Positions 28,555-38,041 of a stretch of DNA of 64,000 nucleotides are shown in pieces (within the stretch, counting starts at the first letter, position 1; each line of letters opens with the position of its first letter). Origin of the DNA: Candidatus Eiseniibacteriota bacterium (lineage in GTDB: Bacteria > Eisenbacteria > RBG-16-71-46 > CAZAMP01); assembly GCA_965224245.1 (NCBI GenBank), contig OZ245046.1:1024001-1088000 (forward strand). The letters run 5' to 3'. The notes under the pieces are model-generated. The model had not been told where the DNA came from and did not search any database. It worked only from the letters and a program-made list of their open reading frames with translations. The translations under genes were made by a program, and so were the position numbers.

Positions 28555-28997
28555 CGCACGAACGAGAGCCCTCGTTCGACCTTGCCGGCATCCTGGAGAC
28601 CGTTCAGGAGAAGCTACGTGAGAAGGGCATTCACGTGGACCTGGGTGGAGACATGGCGGCATGTTGCGACTCGGAGGGCACGCCGAAGGTGAAGGTGGTC
28701 TGCGTCGCGCCCGGGCTTCGAGACTCGGTGCGCGAGATGGGCAAGGCGCCGCGCGGCCAGGTCGTCATGGTGCGTGTGGACGACGAGACGAGCGAGTCCC
28801 TCGACGCCTGGGTGGCGACGGGTGCCGTGAAGAGTCGCTCGGAAGCGGCGGCGCTGTTCATCCGGGAAGGCCTGAAGGTGCGGGCCGACGAGCTCGAGCG
28901 TCTACGGGACGCGCTGCGCGACGTTCAGGACGCCCAGGAGAAGCTGCGGCGGCGCGCGCGAGAGATGTTCGGACAGGAATCCGACGAGACGTCATGA
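28551..28997 (+). CDS. Ribbon-helix-helix (CopG-like) DNA-binding protein with N-terminal Cys-Cys motif and C-terminal coiled coil
   Basis: VVMVRVDDETSESLDAWV..G..KSRSEAAALFIREGL fits the RHH pattern; AACC...VKVVCVAP near the N-terminus. Confidence 0.75.
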   Translation: MTHEREPSFDLAGILETVQEKLREKGIHVDLGGDMAACCDSEGTPKVKVVCVAPGLRDSVREMGKAPRGQVVMVRVDDETSESLDAWVATGAVKSRSEAAALFIREGLKVRADELERLRDALRDVQDAQEKLRRRAREMFGQESDETS

Positions 28998-29019
28998 CAC
29001 GATCGTCGGGAGGTCACGC

Positions 29020-29931
29020 ATGGCAATTCACCAGATGACAGATCGTGCGACGACGAACGGGTCCGTGCGCGCGAGTGACGAGTGGTCGACCACGGTGAAG
29101 ACCGCGCTGTGCGATCCCGTAGCGGTTCGCGAGCTGGTCGACCGCGCGGAACGTTCCGATCGGCTGCGGGTCGCCAACGCACGGATGCAGGCGGATCTGG
29201 ACGCCGCCGCTCGCATCCAGCGCTCGCTGCTTCCCAGGCAGTCACCGCTGATGCACGGCGTCCGCGTGGCGTGGGAGGTTCTGCCGTGCACGGAGCTCGC
29301 CGGGGACATCCTGGACGTCTTTGCTCTGGACGAGGACCACCTCGCGCTCTACGTCGTGGACGTGAGCGGACACGGCGTCGCGGCGGCGATGCTCTCGCAC
29401 ACGGTGCACCGGCTCCTCTCGAGCCCGGCGTCCATCATCACGCGCCGGCGAGGGGGAGAGATCGTCGGACCGGCGGAAGTCTGCCGGCAGCTCAACGAGC
29501 TCCTTCCGATGGACCCGGAGACGCGGCAGTACGCCACGTTGCTCTACGGAGTCATCGATCTCCGGGCCCGGACGTTCCGCTTCGCATCGGCCGGGCACTG
29601 TCCACCCGTGTTGACGTCGATCGGCGGGCCGGCGGTGGAGATCCCGGCACGTGGTTTTCCGATCGGTGCGTTTCCCGACTCGCAGTACGAGGAGCACGTC
29701 GTGCACGTGCCGCCCCGCGCGAGGCTCCACCTCTACTCGGACGGGCTCGTGGAGCTCGGCGCTCGTGAGGGGGTGTTCGTGGAGCCGGCCTGGTTGCTGC
29801 AGGTGATCGAGGAGAGCGGGAGCCGATCGGTGGAAGCGTCGGTGCCGTTCATTCTCGAACGGGCGCGTGGCGTCAACCCCAGCGCGACGTTCTCGGACGA
29901 CGTGTCCCTGCTCGTGCTGGAGATCGAGTAG
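29020..29931 (+). CDS. PP2C/SpoIIE-family (RsbU-like) phosphatase
   Basis: Motifs AARIQRSLLP, LAGDILD, VVDVSGHGVAAA, SAGH, LYSDGLVE and DDVSLL. Confidence 0.92.
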   Translation: MAIHQMTDRATTNGSVRASDEWSTTVKTALCDPVAVRELVDRAERSDRLRVANARMQADLDAAARIQRSLLPRQSPLMHGVRVAWEVLPCTELAGDILDVFALDEDHLALYVVDVSGHGVAAAMLSHTVHRLLSSPASIITRRRGGEIVGPAEVCRQLNELLPMDPETRQYATLLYGVIDLRARTFRFASAGHCPPVLTSIGGPAVEIPARGFPIGAFPDSQYEEHVVHVPPRARLHLYSDGLVELGAREGVFVEPAWLLQVIEESGSRSVEASVPFILERARGVNPSATFSDDVSLLVLEIE

Positions 29932-30255
29932 CGGCATCGACGAGCCGCGTGCTCGGGACCGGGAAGACGAGCGCATTCGCGCGCGTGCGAACGCCCGGCC
30001 GGGTCGGGGGCTTCCCGTGCCGTTCCAGCGGGCCGCTCGAGCCTCTCGACGTGATCGAGCCGTCAGTTTGTCACGGACACCCGGTGAAAAGTCACGCCCC
30101 GGGTCCCTCCCGACCGGCCGCGAGGATTCTCGACTCTCATAACACTCGCTCGACCAGGCGTGTACCGGATTCGAGCGGCCCCGGCATGGTTCTTCCATGA
30201 GACAGGTACACGTGACGATCTCCTCGATCCGTGACGGGCCACCAAGGGAGGAACG

Positions 30256-32103
30256 ATGTGCCGACCGAGCCAACCACGTCGACGTGGACGATCCGAGCTC
30301 AGCCTGAGCTTCACCCTCGCCCTCACGACTCTCGTCGCCTCCACGGTCGCCGCCCAGCCGGACGCCGCGAGATCGAGCGTCGAGCCCTGGGATGACCTCG
30401 GCTTCGCCCGGGTCAGTCCCGGGACGCAGAGCGGCATCGATCTGACGACGGTCCGCGTGCGGGACGCGGCGGGGAATCCGGTCGTGGACAGCGCGGTGGA
30501 GATCGTGTTCGACGCGTGCTTCACGCTCTGTGTCGACGACCCGGACGACGGACTCACGGGCGTCACCAACGGCTCGGGCAACGTCGTGCTGGATCCACGG
30601 GTCGGCGGTTGCTCGACCTGTACGATTCGTGTTCTCGCCGATGGCGTGGTGCTGCGCGAGTTCGATCAGGTCATCAGCCCCGACTGGGACGGCACGTGCG
30701 CCGATGGCGTCGTGGACGATCACGACCTCGAGAGCTTCGGTCTCTTCGGAGGTGTCTGCTTCGACTGGAACGGCGACGGCGAGGCCACGCTGGCGGACTT
30801 CGCGGACATCAACCTTGCGTACGGGGATGCCAACGACAACCCGTGTCCAGTGGATGCCAACGTCTCGCCGTGGGATTCGGACGGCGTTGCGTACTTCGTT
30901 CCCGGCCAGACGGGCGACGATCTGGTGACGGTCAACGTCCCCGGGCGTGGTGCGGGAACGCCGGTGGAGATCCGGATCGCCGGGTGCGACGCTCTGTGCG
31001 CGGATGCATCCACGCTGTCCGGCGAGACCGACGCCAGCGGCAGCATCACCTTAGACCCCGCGGTGGGAGGCTGCGACGACTGCACGGTGCAAGTGCTCGT
31101 GTGTGGGGTGGTGGCAACGGAGTACACCACGATCGCGTCACCGGACCTGTGCCCCGACGGCCGCGTCGACGAGTGCGACTACGCCGTCTTCCAGCAGTAC
31201 TTTCTCGGTACCGACCCCTGCGCGGACTTCAACCGTGACGGCGTCGTCGATCTCAACGACCACAACATGCTCCTCGCCCTGATCGGAAGCTCGAACGACA
31301 CGATCTGCCCGCCGAGCGCGTCCCTGAGCACGGCCGCGCTGTGGGATGGGTACGGGCATGCACTCGTGAGTCCGGGCACCGGGAGTGTGGATCAGCTTCA
31401 GGTGACGGCGAAGAGCGCATCGGGCGCGCCGCTTCCGTTCGCGAAGATCTCGCTCCGTTTCGAGGGCTGCGAGGCGCTGTGCGGCAGCACAGACGACATC
31501 AGCACCCTCGCCGACGAGAACGGCGTGGCCGTGCTCGATCCGGAGCTCGGTGGGTGCGACGTGTGCGACGTCTACGTCGACGTATGCGGTCACGAGATCC
31601 GCCACTTCACGAGCGTGGTCAGCCCCGACTGGAACGGCCTCGCCGCCGACGGTGTGGTCGGCGCCGACGACGAGGCCTGGTTCCTTGCACAGATCGGACT
31701 CTCCGATGCCTGCGCCGACTACGATGGCGACGGGGACGTCGACGGCGACGATCAGTCCATCCTCGCGGCCGCACTCGGCGACACCAACGATGAGCTGTGC
31801 ACACCGCTGGCGATCGGCGAGCCGGCGGTCCAGCCGATCGCGCTCGGTCTCTCGATCACACCGACCCCCGCGACGTCTCGGGTTACACTCGAGTTCACGC
31901 TCACCTCGTCCGGTGAAGTCGCGATCGACGCCTTCGACGTGAACGGACGTCGCGTGCTGGACGAGATCCGCGGTGGGTTCGCGGCCGGCCGCAATCGCAT
32001 CGCTCTCGATGCTCGCATTGCCGACTTCGGGGTCGGCATGTACTTCGTTCGACTCCGGACGGCGCACTCCACGTCGTTCTCCAGGCTCATCATCTCCCGG
32101 TAG
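30256..32103 (+). CDS. Secreted Cys-rich protein with three ~155-165 aa internal repeats (Ig-like + dockerin/EF-hand-like) and T9SS-like CTD
   Basis: Three units of 'WD..G.A..PG...C..LC...G...LDP..GGC..C...SPD..DG.V..D...C.D.N/DGDG'; CTD PTPA...DVNGRRV...GMYFVRL. Confidence 0.85.
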   Translation: MCRPSQPRRRGRSELSLSFTLALTTLVASTVAAQPDAARSSVEPWDDLGFARVSPGTQSGIDLTTVRVRDAAGNPVVDSAVEIVFDACFTLCVDDPDDGLTGVTNGSGNVVLDPRVGGCSTCTIRVLADGVVLREFDQVISPDWDGTCADGVVDDHDLESFGLFGGVCFDWNGDGEATLADFADINLAYGDANDNPCPVDANVSPWDSDGVAYFVPGQTGDDLVTVNVPGRGAGTPVEIRIAGCDALCADASTLSGETDASGSITLDPAVGGCDDCTVQVLVCGVVATEYTTIASPDLCPDGRVDECDYAVFQQYFLGTDPCADFNRDGVVDLNDHNMLLALIGSSNDTICPPSASLSTAALWDGYGHALVSPGTGSVDQLQVTAKSASGAPLPFAKISLRFEGCEALCGSTDDISTLADENGVAVLDPELGGCDVCDVYVDVCGHEIRHFTSVVSPDWNGLAADGVVGADDEAWFLAQIGLSDACADYDGDGDVDGDDQSILAAALGDTNDELCTPLAIGEPAVQPIALGLSITPTPATSRVTLEFTLTSSGEVAIDAFDVNGRRVLDEIRGGFAAGRNRIALDARIADFGVGMYFVRLRTAHSTSFSRLIISR

Positions 32104-32116
32104 CGCCCCTCCACAT

Positions 32117-32148
32117 GACCGGCGGCCGTGGCTCCGCGGCCGCCGGTC
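32117..32148 (+). terminator. Strong hairpin after stop codon
   Basis: GACCGGCGGCCG / CGGCCGCCGGTC perfect 12-bp stem; no U tract. Confidence 0.45.
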
Positions 32149-32315
32149 GCCGCCCATCGGCCCGTCGCCGCGGCCACCGTTCGGCGGCGGTCCCCGCTCG
32201 TGCTAATCTGATGTCCTTCCAGTCGTTGCACCGGTACTCGACGCACGATCGAGTGCCGGGCAGGTGACAGGAGCGGCGATCGTGCGACGACGCCGATCCC
32301 GCTGGAGGAGTGCGT

Positions 32316-34025
32316 GTGAAACGGTGGCCTCGCGCGGCCGGTTGCCTGGCTGCGCTCGCGATCGGCTCGCACCTGACCGGGTGTCAGGCCGATCGAACCG
32401 AGCAGGCGTCGCGTCCGCGGCAGCTCTCGGTGCCCCTGGATCGCGACGTGCGCACGCTGGATCCCGGAAGCCCGTATGCCGCGGAGATCGTGACGTTCGA
32501 CGTCCTGCGTCAGCTCTACGAGCCACTGGTGGAGCACGACCCCACCACGCTCGAGATCATGCCCCGCGTCGCGCGATCGTGGTCGACCACCGAGGACGGT
32601 CTGCACTGGCGGTTCGAGCTACACCCGGATGCGCGCTTCGTCGACGACGCGTGCTTCTCCGGGGGACGTGGGCGCCGGATGAGGGCAGCTGACGTCAAGT
32701 ACTCCATCGAGCGAAGCATCCGCCTCGCCGTCACGGAGGACTTGGCGCCGGAGGTTCCCCCGATTGCCGGGCTCGCTGCGTTCCGGAGCGGCTCCGCTCC
32801 GGGGATCTCCGGCATCGCGGTCATCGAGCCCGAAGCGATCGCCATCGATCTGGTCGAGCCTCATCCCGCGCTCCTGCACTTCCTGGCCCGGCCGTCGTGC
32901 TTCGTGGTGCCCCGCGAGGCGATCGACGCATACGGCGAGGGGATCGCGCGCCACCCGGTGGGATCGGGCCCGTTTCGACTCGTGGCGTGGGACCCGGTGA
33001 CGGGCGTCCTGCTCGCCCGTAACGATGGATACTGGCGGGTGGACGACGACGGTCACCGGCTTCCCTATCTCGACGCGCTTCGGTTCGTTCCGAGGGTGGG
33101 GACGAAACGCGCATATCGGCACTTCGCGCAGGGACAGCTCGATTGCCTGGCCAGCTATGCCGACGATCTCAGTCGCGACATCGCCGGCTCCGGAGACGGC
33201 ACGACGGCGAGCGCGCGCCGCTACGTGGTCCCGTGGCTGAACACGATCTTCGCACGCTTCGACCTCCGCTCCACGAACCCCCTGGTGGCCGACCCGAGGC
33301 TGCGCCAGGCGTTGATCCACGCGGTGCGGCGAACGGACACCAGCATCCACGTGCCGGCGCGTGGACTGCTTCCGCCGAAGCTCTCGCAGCTGTTCCCCGA
33401 TTCGCTGCGGAACCTCGATCGCCGGCGATCCCGCCTGCGCACGGTGAGCCCCGCACCCGGCCAGCATTCGGACGTGAACGCCGCACGACGCGCGCTCCGC
33501 GACGCCGGGTACCCCGACGGCGCGGGTCTGCCACCGCTGAGGCTCCTGTGGCAGATCGGAGACGGCGGGCGCGGCACCCGTCTGGTCAGCCAGCTCAACG
33601 CCATCGGGGTGGAGGTCGAGGTCCTCGTCGAGGACGACCCCCGCGCGTTCAGCGAGCTCGTCACCCAGGGCGGCTGCGATCTGTTCCGGGACGGCTGGGT
33701 CGCCGACTACCCGGATCCCGAGAACTTCCTCGCGCTGTTCTGTTCGGAGACCACGTCCTATCCCGGTACCTACGAGAGCGCTCGCTACGACAGTCTGTTC
33801 TGGGCGCTTCGGCGTACACCGGAACGATCCGAGCGTCGCCGCATCACGCTGGAACTGGAACAAACATTGCTTAAAGATCAGGTTGCGATCTTCCTCTACC
33901 ACGAGGCACAGGCCCAGCTGGTGGCGCCTCACGTGGCGAACTGGGAGCAGAACTGCACGAGCCCGCTGAACGTGCACCACTACGAGCGTGTCGCGTTCCA
34001 CGAGGCGGGACGGGAGGACCGGTGA
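32316..34025 (+). CDS. Family-5 (OppA/DppA-like) solute-binding lipoprotein
   Basis: Lipobox LTGC; TLDP, LYEPLV, PRVARSW, DVKYS, PVGSGPFRL and GWVADYPDPENFL motifs. Confidence 0.9.
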   Translation: MKRWPRAAGCLAALAIGSHLTGCQADRTEQASRPRQLSVPLDRDVRTLDPGSPYAAEIVTFDVLRQLYEPLVEHDPTTLEIMPRVARSWSTTEDGLHWRFELHPDARFVDDACFSGGRGRRMRAADVKYSIERSIRLAVTEDLAPEVPPIAGLAAFRSGSAPGISGIAVIEPEAIAIDLVEPHPALLHFLARPSCFVVPREAIDAYGEGIARHPVGSGPFRLVAWDPVTGVLLARNDGYWRVDDDGHRLPYLDALRFVPRVGTKRAYRHFAQGQLDCLASYADDLSRDIAGSGDGTTASARRYVVPWLNTIFARFDLRSTNPLVADPRLRQALIHAVRRTDTSIHVPARGLLPPKLSQLFPDSLRNLDRRRSRLRTVSPAPGQHSDVNAARRALRDAGYPDGAGLPPLRLLWQIGDGGRGTRLVSQLNAIGVEVEVLVEDDPRAFSELVTQGGCDLFRDGWVADYPDPENFLALFCSETTSYPGTYESARYDSLFWALRRTPERSERRRITLELEQTLLKDQVAIFLYHEAQAQLVAPHVANWEQNCTSPLNVHHYERVAFHEAGREDR

Positions 34026-35872
34026 CGATCCGGCGACGACTCCTGGGGACGTTCCTCCTCGTCGGGCTCTTGCCCGGTGCGGTGGTGACCGCCATCGTGT
34101 CGTCGGGCGCGCACCGGATGGCGCGCTCGCAGGGCGAGCAGGACGTTCGTGAAGCGGTGGAGACGTTCTCCACGCTGGTGCGCGCCGAGCTGGTCGCCGC
34201 GAGGAGCGAGCTCCTGTGGGCGGCCCACATGTCGGAGCTCCAGGAAGAGCGGCGTCCCGAGCGCGGATCCGGACAGCTGGCGTCCGCCTACGTCCTGGAT
34301 CAGATCGGTGCCGACGTGTTCGCAGCGGAGACCGAAGGCATCGACGCCCTCCTGGAGCCGACACGGCTCGTCCTGCTCGACCGGGGCCGCGGCGTCGCCT
34401 ACACGCACACACGCACCTGGTGGCGGCGTGTGCCGTGGGATCCGCTTCCGGTACCCATCGACGAGCTGCCGCCGCGGTATGCGACGTGGCTTCGTGGTCC
34501 CGACCAGTTCACCGACGACAGTCGGATCTTCGTGGAGCACCGGTCCACCGGCGCGCTTCTGGGAGTCGCGGTCGCGGTCACCGTGGGCGATGGTCTGAGC
34601 CGGGTCGTCATCGCCGAGTACCCGTTGCTCCCGTTCCTGCAGGCATCATTGCGTCGTGCCCACCGTGAGCGGCTCGAGCGTGCGTTCGTGGCGGCGTACG
34701 ACGCCGACTCGGATCGCACCATCTATCTCGTCCATCCCGACCCCGGGCGGATCGGGCGGCCGGTGGCGGGCGATCCGACGTGGGAGCGGCTCGGCCGGCG
34801 CCGGATCGAGGCGAGCGGGATGCGTGATTCCACAGACGTGCGGCGAGACCACTGGCAGACCGCTCACGCCGGGGACGTATTCCTCGCTGCACATGTCGAC
34901 TCCGTGACGGGCTGGGTCTTCGGGAGCGAAAGCTCGCTCGCATCGGTTCTCGCGCCCGTTCGCCGCAACATCCTGCACTCCGTCACGTTTTTCCTGCTCA
35001 TCAGCGGCGTCGTGGTGCTCGCGATCCTGCGCGCCACACGCGGAATCAGCCAGGCAGTGGAGACGATCGCGCACCGAACCCTGGCGATCGCTCGAGGGGA
35101 TCTCGGCACGCCGCTTCGTCTGCAACGATCCGACGAGTTCGGTGACATCGCCGATCACATCAACCGCATGGCAGACGATCTCCTGATGACCAGCGAGTCG
35201 CGAGCGATCGCCACCGTGCACGCCCGGCTCATGCACGAGCTGAAGGGTGTGGTGCACCAGATGCAGCTCCTGCTGTACAACGCTCGCGAGAACGAGGACG
35301 ACCCGGAGTTCCGGACCGAGTTCTTCGAGCTGATGGAGAGCATGATCGCCGACATCGAGGCGGTCGTCCTCCAGCTGCGTCGATCTAACCCGAGCGCGCC
35401 GGTGAGCTGGCAGGCAGTCGACGTCGACCGGATGATCACCGACATCGTGGAGTCGCCGCTGGTCGCGCTGCGCACCGACGTCGAGGTGACGCTGTCGCTT
35501 CACGGCGGCGTGGCCGAGATCGACCCCGGCTTCCTGACTGACGCCCTGGAGAACATCATCTCGAATGCACTCGACGCAATGGAGAACGGAGGGGTCCTCC
35601 GGATCTCGACCGGTCGGCGCGACGACGAGGAACCGGGGCCCACGCACGTGATCGAGATCGAGGATACGGGCATCGGCATGACGCGGGAGTTCGTCGATCA
35701 ACAGCTCTTCCGGCCGTTCGCGACCACCAAGGAGTGCGGAACGGGGCTCGGCATGTACGCCGCGAAACGCCTCGTCGATCGGATCGAAGGCTCGCTCACC
35801 GTCCGCAGCGAGCGCGGGCGCGGCACATGCGTCACACTCGCCGTCGGCCGATGCCTGGAGGCCGTCTCATGA
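34022..35872 (+). CDS. Membrane sensor histidine kinase (periplasmic domain + HAMP), PrsK-like kinase core
   Basis: Two TM segments; HAMP (RSDEFG..INRM); H-box MHELKG; N-box NIISNA; G boxes DTGIGM, LFRPFATTK, GTGLGM. Confidence 0.9.
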   Translation: MTIRRRLLGTFLLVGLLPGAVVTAIVSSGAHRMARSQGEQDVREAVETFSTLVRAELVAARSELLWAAHMSELQEERRPERGSGQLASAYVLDQIGADVFAAETEGIDALLEPTRLVLLDRGRGVAYTHTRTWWRRVPWDPLPVPIDELPPRYATWLRGPDQFTDDSRIFVEHRSTGALLGVAVAVTVGDGLSRVVIAEYPLLPFLQASLRRAHRERLERAFVAAYDADSDRTIYLVHPDPGRIGRPVAGDPTWERLGRRRIEASGMRDSTDVRRDHWQTAHAGDVFLAAHVDSVTGWVFGSESSLASVLAPVRRNILHSVTFFLLISGVVVLAILRATRGISQAVETIAHRTLAIARGDLGTPLRLQRSDEFGDIADHINRMADDLLMTSESRAIATVHARLMHELKGVVHQMQLLLYNARENEDDPEFRTEFFELMESMIADIEAVVLQLRRSNPSAPVSWQAVDVDRMITDIVESPLVALRTDVEVTLSLHGGVAEIDPGFLTDALENIISNALDAMENGGVLRISTGRRDDEEPGPTHVIEIEDTGIGMTREFVDQQLFRPFATTKECGTGLGMYAAKRLVDRIEGSLTVRSERGRGTCVTLAVGRCLEAVS

Positions 35873-37254
35873 CGACGATCCTCGTCGTGGATGATCAGCG
35901 CGCGGCAAGACGGCTTCTCTACCACGCGCTGAAGGGCGAGTACCGGATCCTCGAGGCCGGGGATGGCTCGGCTGCACTGGACGCGCTGGAGAGCGAGAGC
36001 GTCGATCTCGTGCTGCTCGACATGCATCTTCCACCGGCAACCGACACCGCGCGCGAGGGCGTCCGAACGCAACGCACGATTGCCGAGCGCCATCCGGCGC
36101 TGCCGGTGATCGTCGTTACCAGCGACCACGAGCGTGATCTGGCGCTGGAGATGATCGAGAACGGCGTCGCGGATTTTCTTCTCAAGCCCGTGGACCCCGT
36201 GGTGCTCAAGATCGTGGTCAAGCGATCCCTCGAACGTTCACAGCTGCTGCGGGAGGTCGACGAGCTGCGCCGAGAGGTTCGCGAGCGCCATTCATTCGGC
36301 AGTCTCCTTGGCTGGAGTCCGGCCATGCAGGACTGCTTCGCGCGACTGGAGAAGCTCGCGCAGGTGCCCACGTCGCTGCTTCTCACCGGCGAGAGCGGTA
36401 CCGGGAAGAGCGCCGTGGCGCAGGCGCTCCATCACTCCGGTCCACGAGCGGACGGGCCGTTCGTGGTCGTGGATCCCGCCGCGATCCCCGAGACGCTGAT
36501 GGAGAGCGAGCTCTTCGGTCACGCCAAGGGATCGTTCACCGGCGCCGCCCGCGATGAGCCGGGCAGCATCCGCACGGCCGATGGGGGGACGCTCTTTCTC
36601 GACGAGATCGGCAACCTGAGCCTCGCCGTACAGGCGAAGCTGCTGCTGTTTCTCGACCGGCGCGTGCTGTCGCCCGTGGGATCCCGTCAGGAGATCGAGG
36701 TCGACGTTCGACTCGTGACGGCCACGAACGCGGATCTGGATGCGATGGTCCGCGACGGAACGTTTCGGGCCGATCTGCTCTACCGGCTTCAGGTCGCGAC
36801 CGTACGTCTGCCACCACTGCGGGACCGTACGGGCGACATTCGACCCCTGGCCGAGCACTTCGTCGCGGACATCTGCCGCTCACTGGGTCGCGCTGTGCCC
36901 GAGGTGTCCCCGGATGCGATGGCGCTCCTGACCTCGTACGCCTGGCCTGGCAACGTTCGGCAGCTACGGCACGTGCTGGAGAGCTCCCTCGTGCTGCTCG
37001 ACGGGGATCGGCTCGACGCGGCGGACCTGTCGCTTCCCACGGCGCCGGCCTCGGGAGCGAACGCCACCGATCCGGAGATGACGCGGGATGGGGAGGAAGT
37101 CGTCACCTTCAAGGGGCAGGTTACAAGATACGAATCGGCGCTCGTCGCCGATGCGCTGGCGTCCACCGGGGGTAACAAGGCGGCCGCCGGGCGCCTCCTG
37201 GGACTCGATGAGAACCAGATACGTTACCTGTGTCGCAAGCACGGTCTCGGGTGA
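35869..37254 (+). CDS. sigma54-dependent (NtrC/PrsR-like) response regulator
   Basis: Receiver LVVDD...LLDMHLPP; AAA+ GESGTGKS, ESELFGHAKGSFTGA, LFLDEIG, WPGNVRQL; Fis-type HTH; ATGA overlap with the kinase. Confidence 0.93.
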   Translation: MTTILVVDDQRAARRLLYHALKGEYRILEAGDGSAALDALESESVDLVLLDMHLPPATDTAREGVRTQRTIAERHPALPVIVVTSDHERDLALEMIENGVADFLLKPVDPVVLKIVVKRSLERSQLLREVDELRREVRERHSFGSLLGWSPAMQDCFARLEKLAQVPTSLLLTGESGTGKSAVAQALHHSGPRADGPFVVVDPAAIPETLMESELFGHAKGSFTGAARDEPGSIRTADGGTLFLDEIGNLSLAVQAKLLLFLDRRVLSPVGSRQEIEVDVRLVTATNADLDAMVRDGTFRADLLYRLQVATVRLPPLRDRTGDIRPLAEHFVADICRSLGRAVPEVSPDAMALLTSYAWPGNVRQLRHVLESSLVLLDGDRLDAADLSLPTAPASGANATDPEMTRDGEEVVTFKGQVTRYESALVADALASTGGNKAAAGRLLGLDENQIRYLCRKHGLG

Positions 37255-38041
37255 GCTCGGCGATCGAGCGCCCGCTCCCGGCTTCGACGCCCCGATGAGA
37301 TGATTGCCGATGACCCCGAGGCATGACCGTCATCGGGCCAGCAGCGCGCCCGCGACCTGGCCGCGACCCGTTGCGTGCAATCAACGAAGTACGTGCCGAT
37401 ACTGTCTTGCTCGCCTGTCTCGATGTCCTCACGACGTCGATCGTGGCTCCGGACCGCGGTTGCATGTTTGCAACGCAGCCTCCATCGTGACATCCACGGA
37501 AAATGAAGTGAATGCATCATGGCGTCGTCGGCGCGGCGCCGCCCACAGTATTCATGGTGGCGCGGATACCGGGCCGACGTGCGACGCCGTCTCGGCGATC
37601 GGACGCAGGGGACGCCCGACACAAGTCCGCCTTCTTGTTGCTCGACATCGCGTGAAGACCACCAAAGGGTGCACATCTTGCGGCGTGCGTCCGGACGGGG
37701 TTCGTGCCGACTCGTGGCAACCTTGCTCGCCGTGTCCGTGAGCGCGTGCACCGACTCCCCGAGCCCGCCCGAGGACGAATGTCTCCGATCGCACCCAGGC
37801 CGGCGTCGCATCACCCGGCGCCGACATCCGTGCCGTTCCGCGGGAGACCGCCCGAGCCTCTCGACGTGGGGAAACGTGCGGCCCACTCGAGACGCGCCCC
37901 GGGGTCGGCGCTTCGGGATTCCCCTACAGCAGGGCCAGTAGTGCCCGACCTACGATTGATGGCACTGGTGTAAGTACGTCCAGCGAGCGCGCGTGACCGG
38001 AAGTAGTCGCGGTGGCGAACGGGTGATCGTCCACGGCACGA

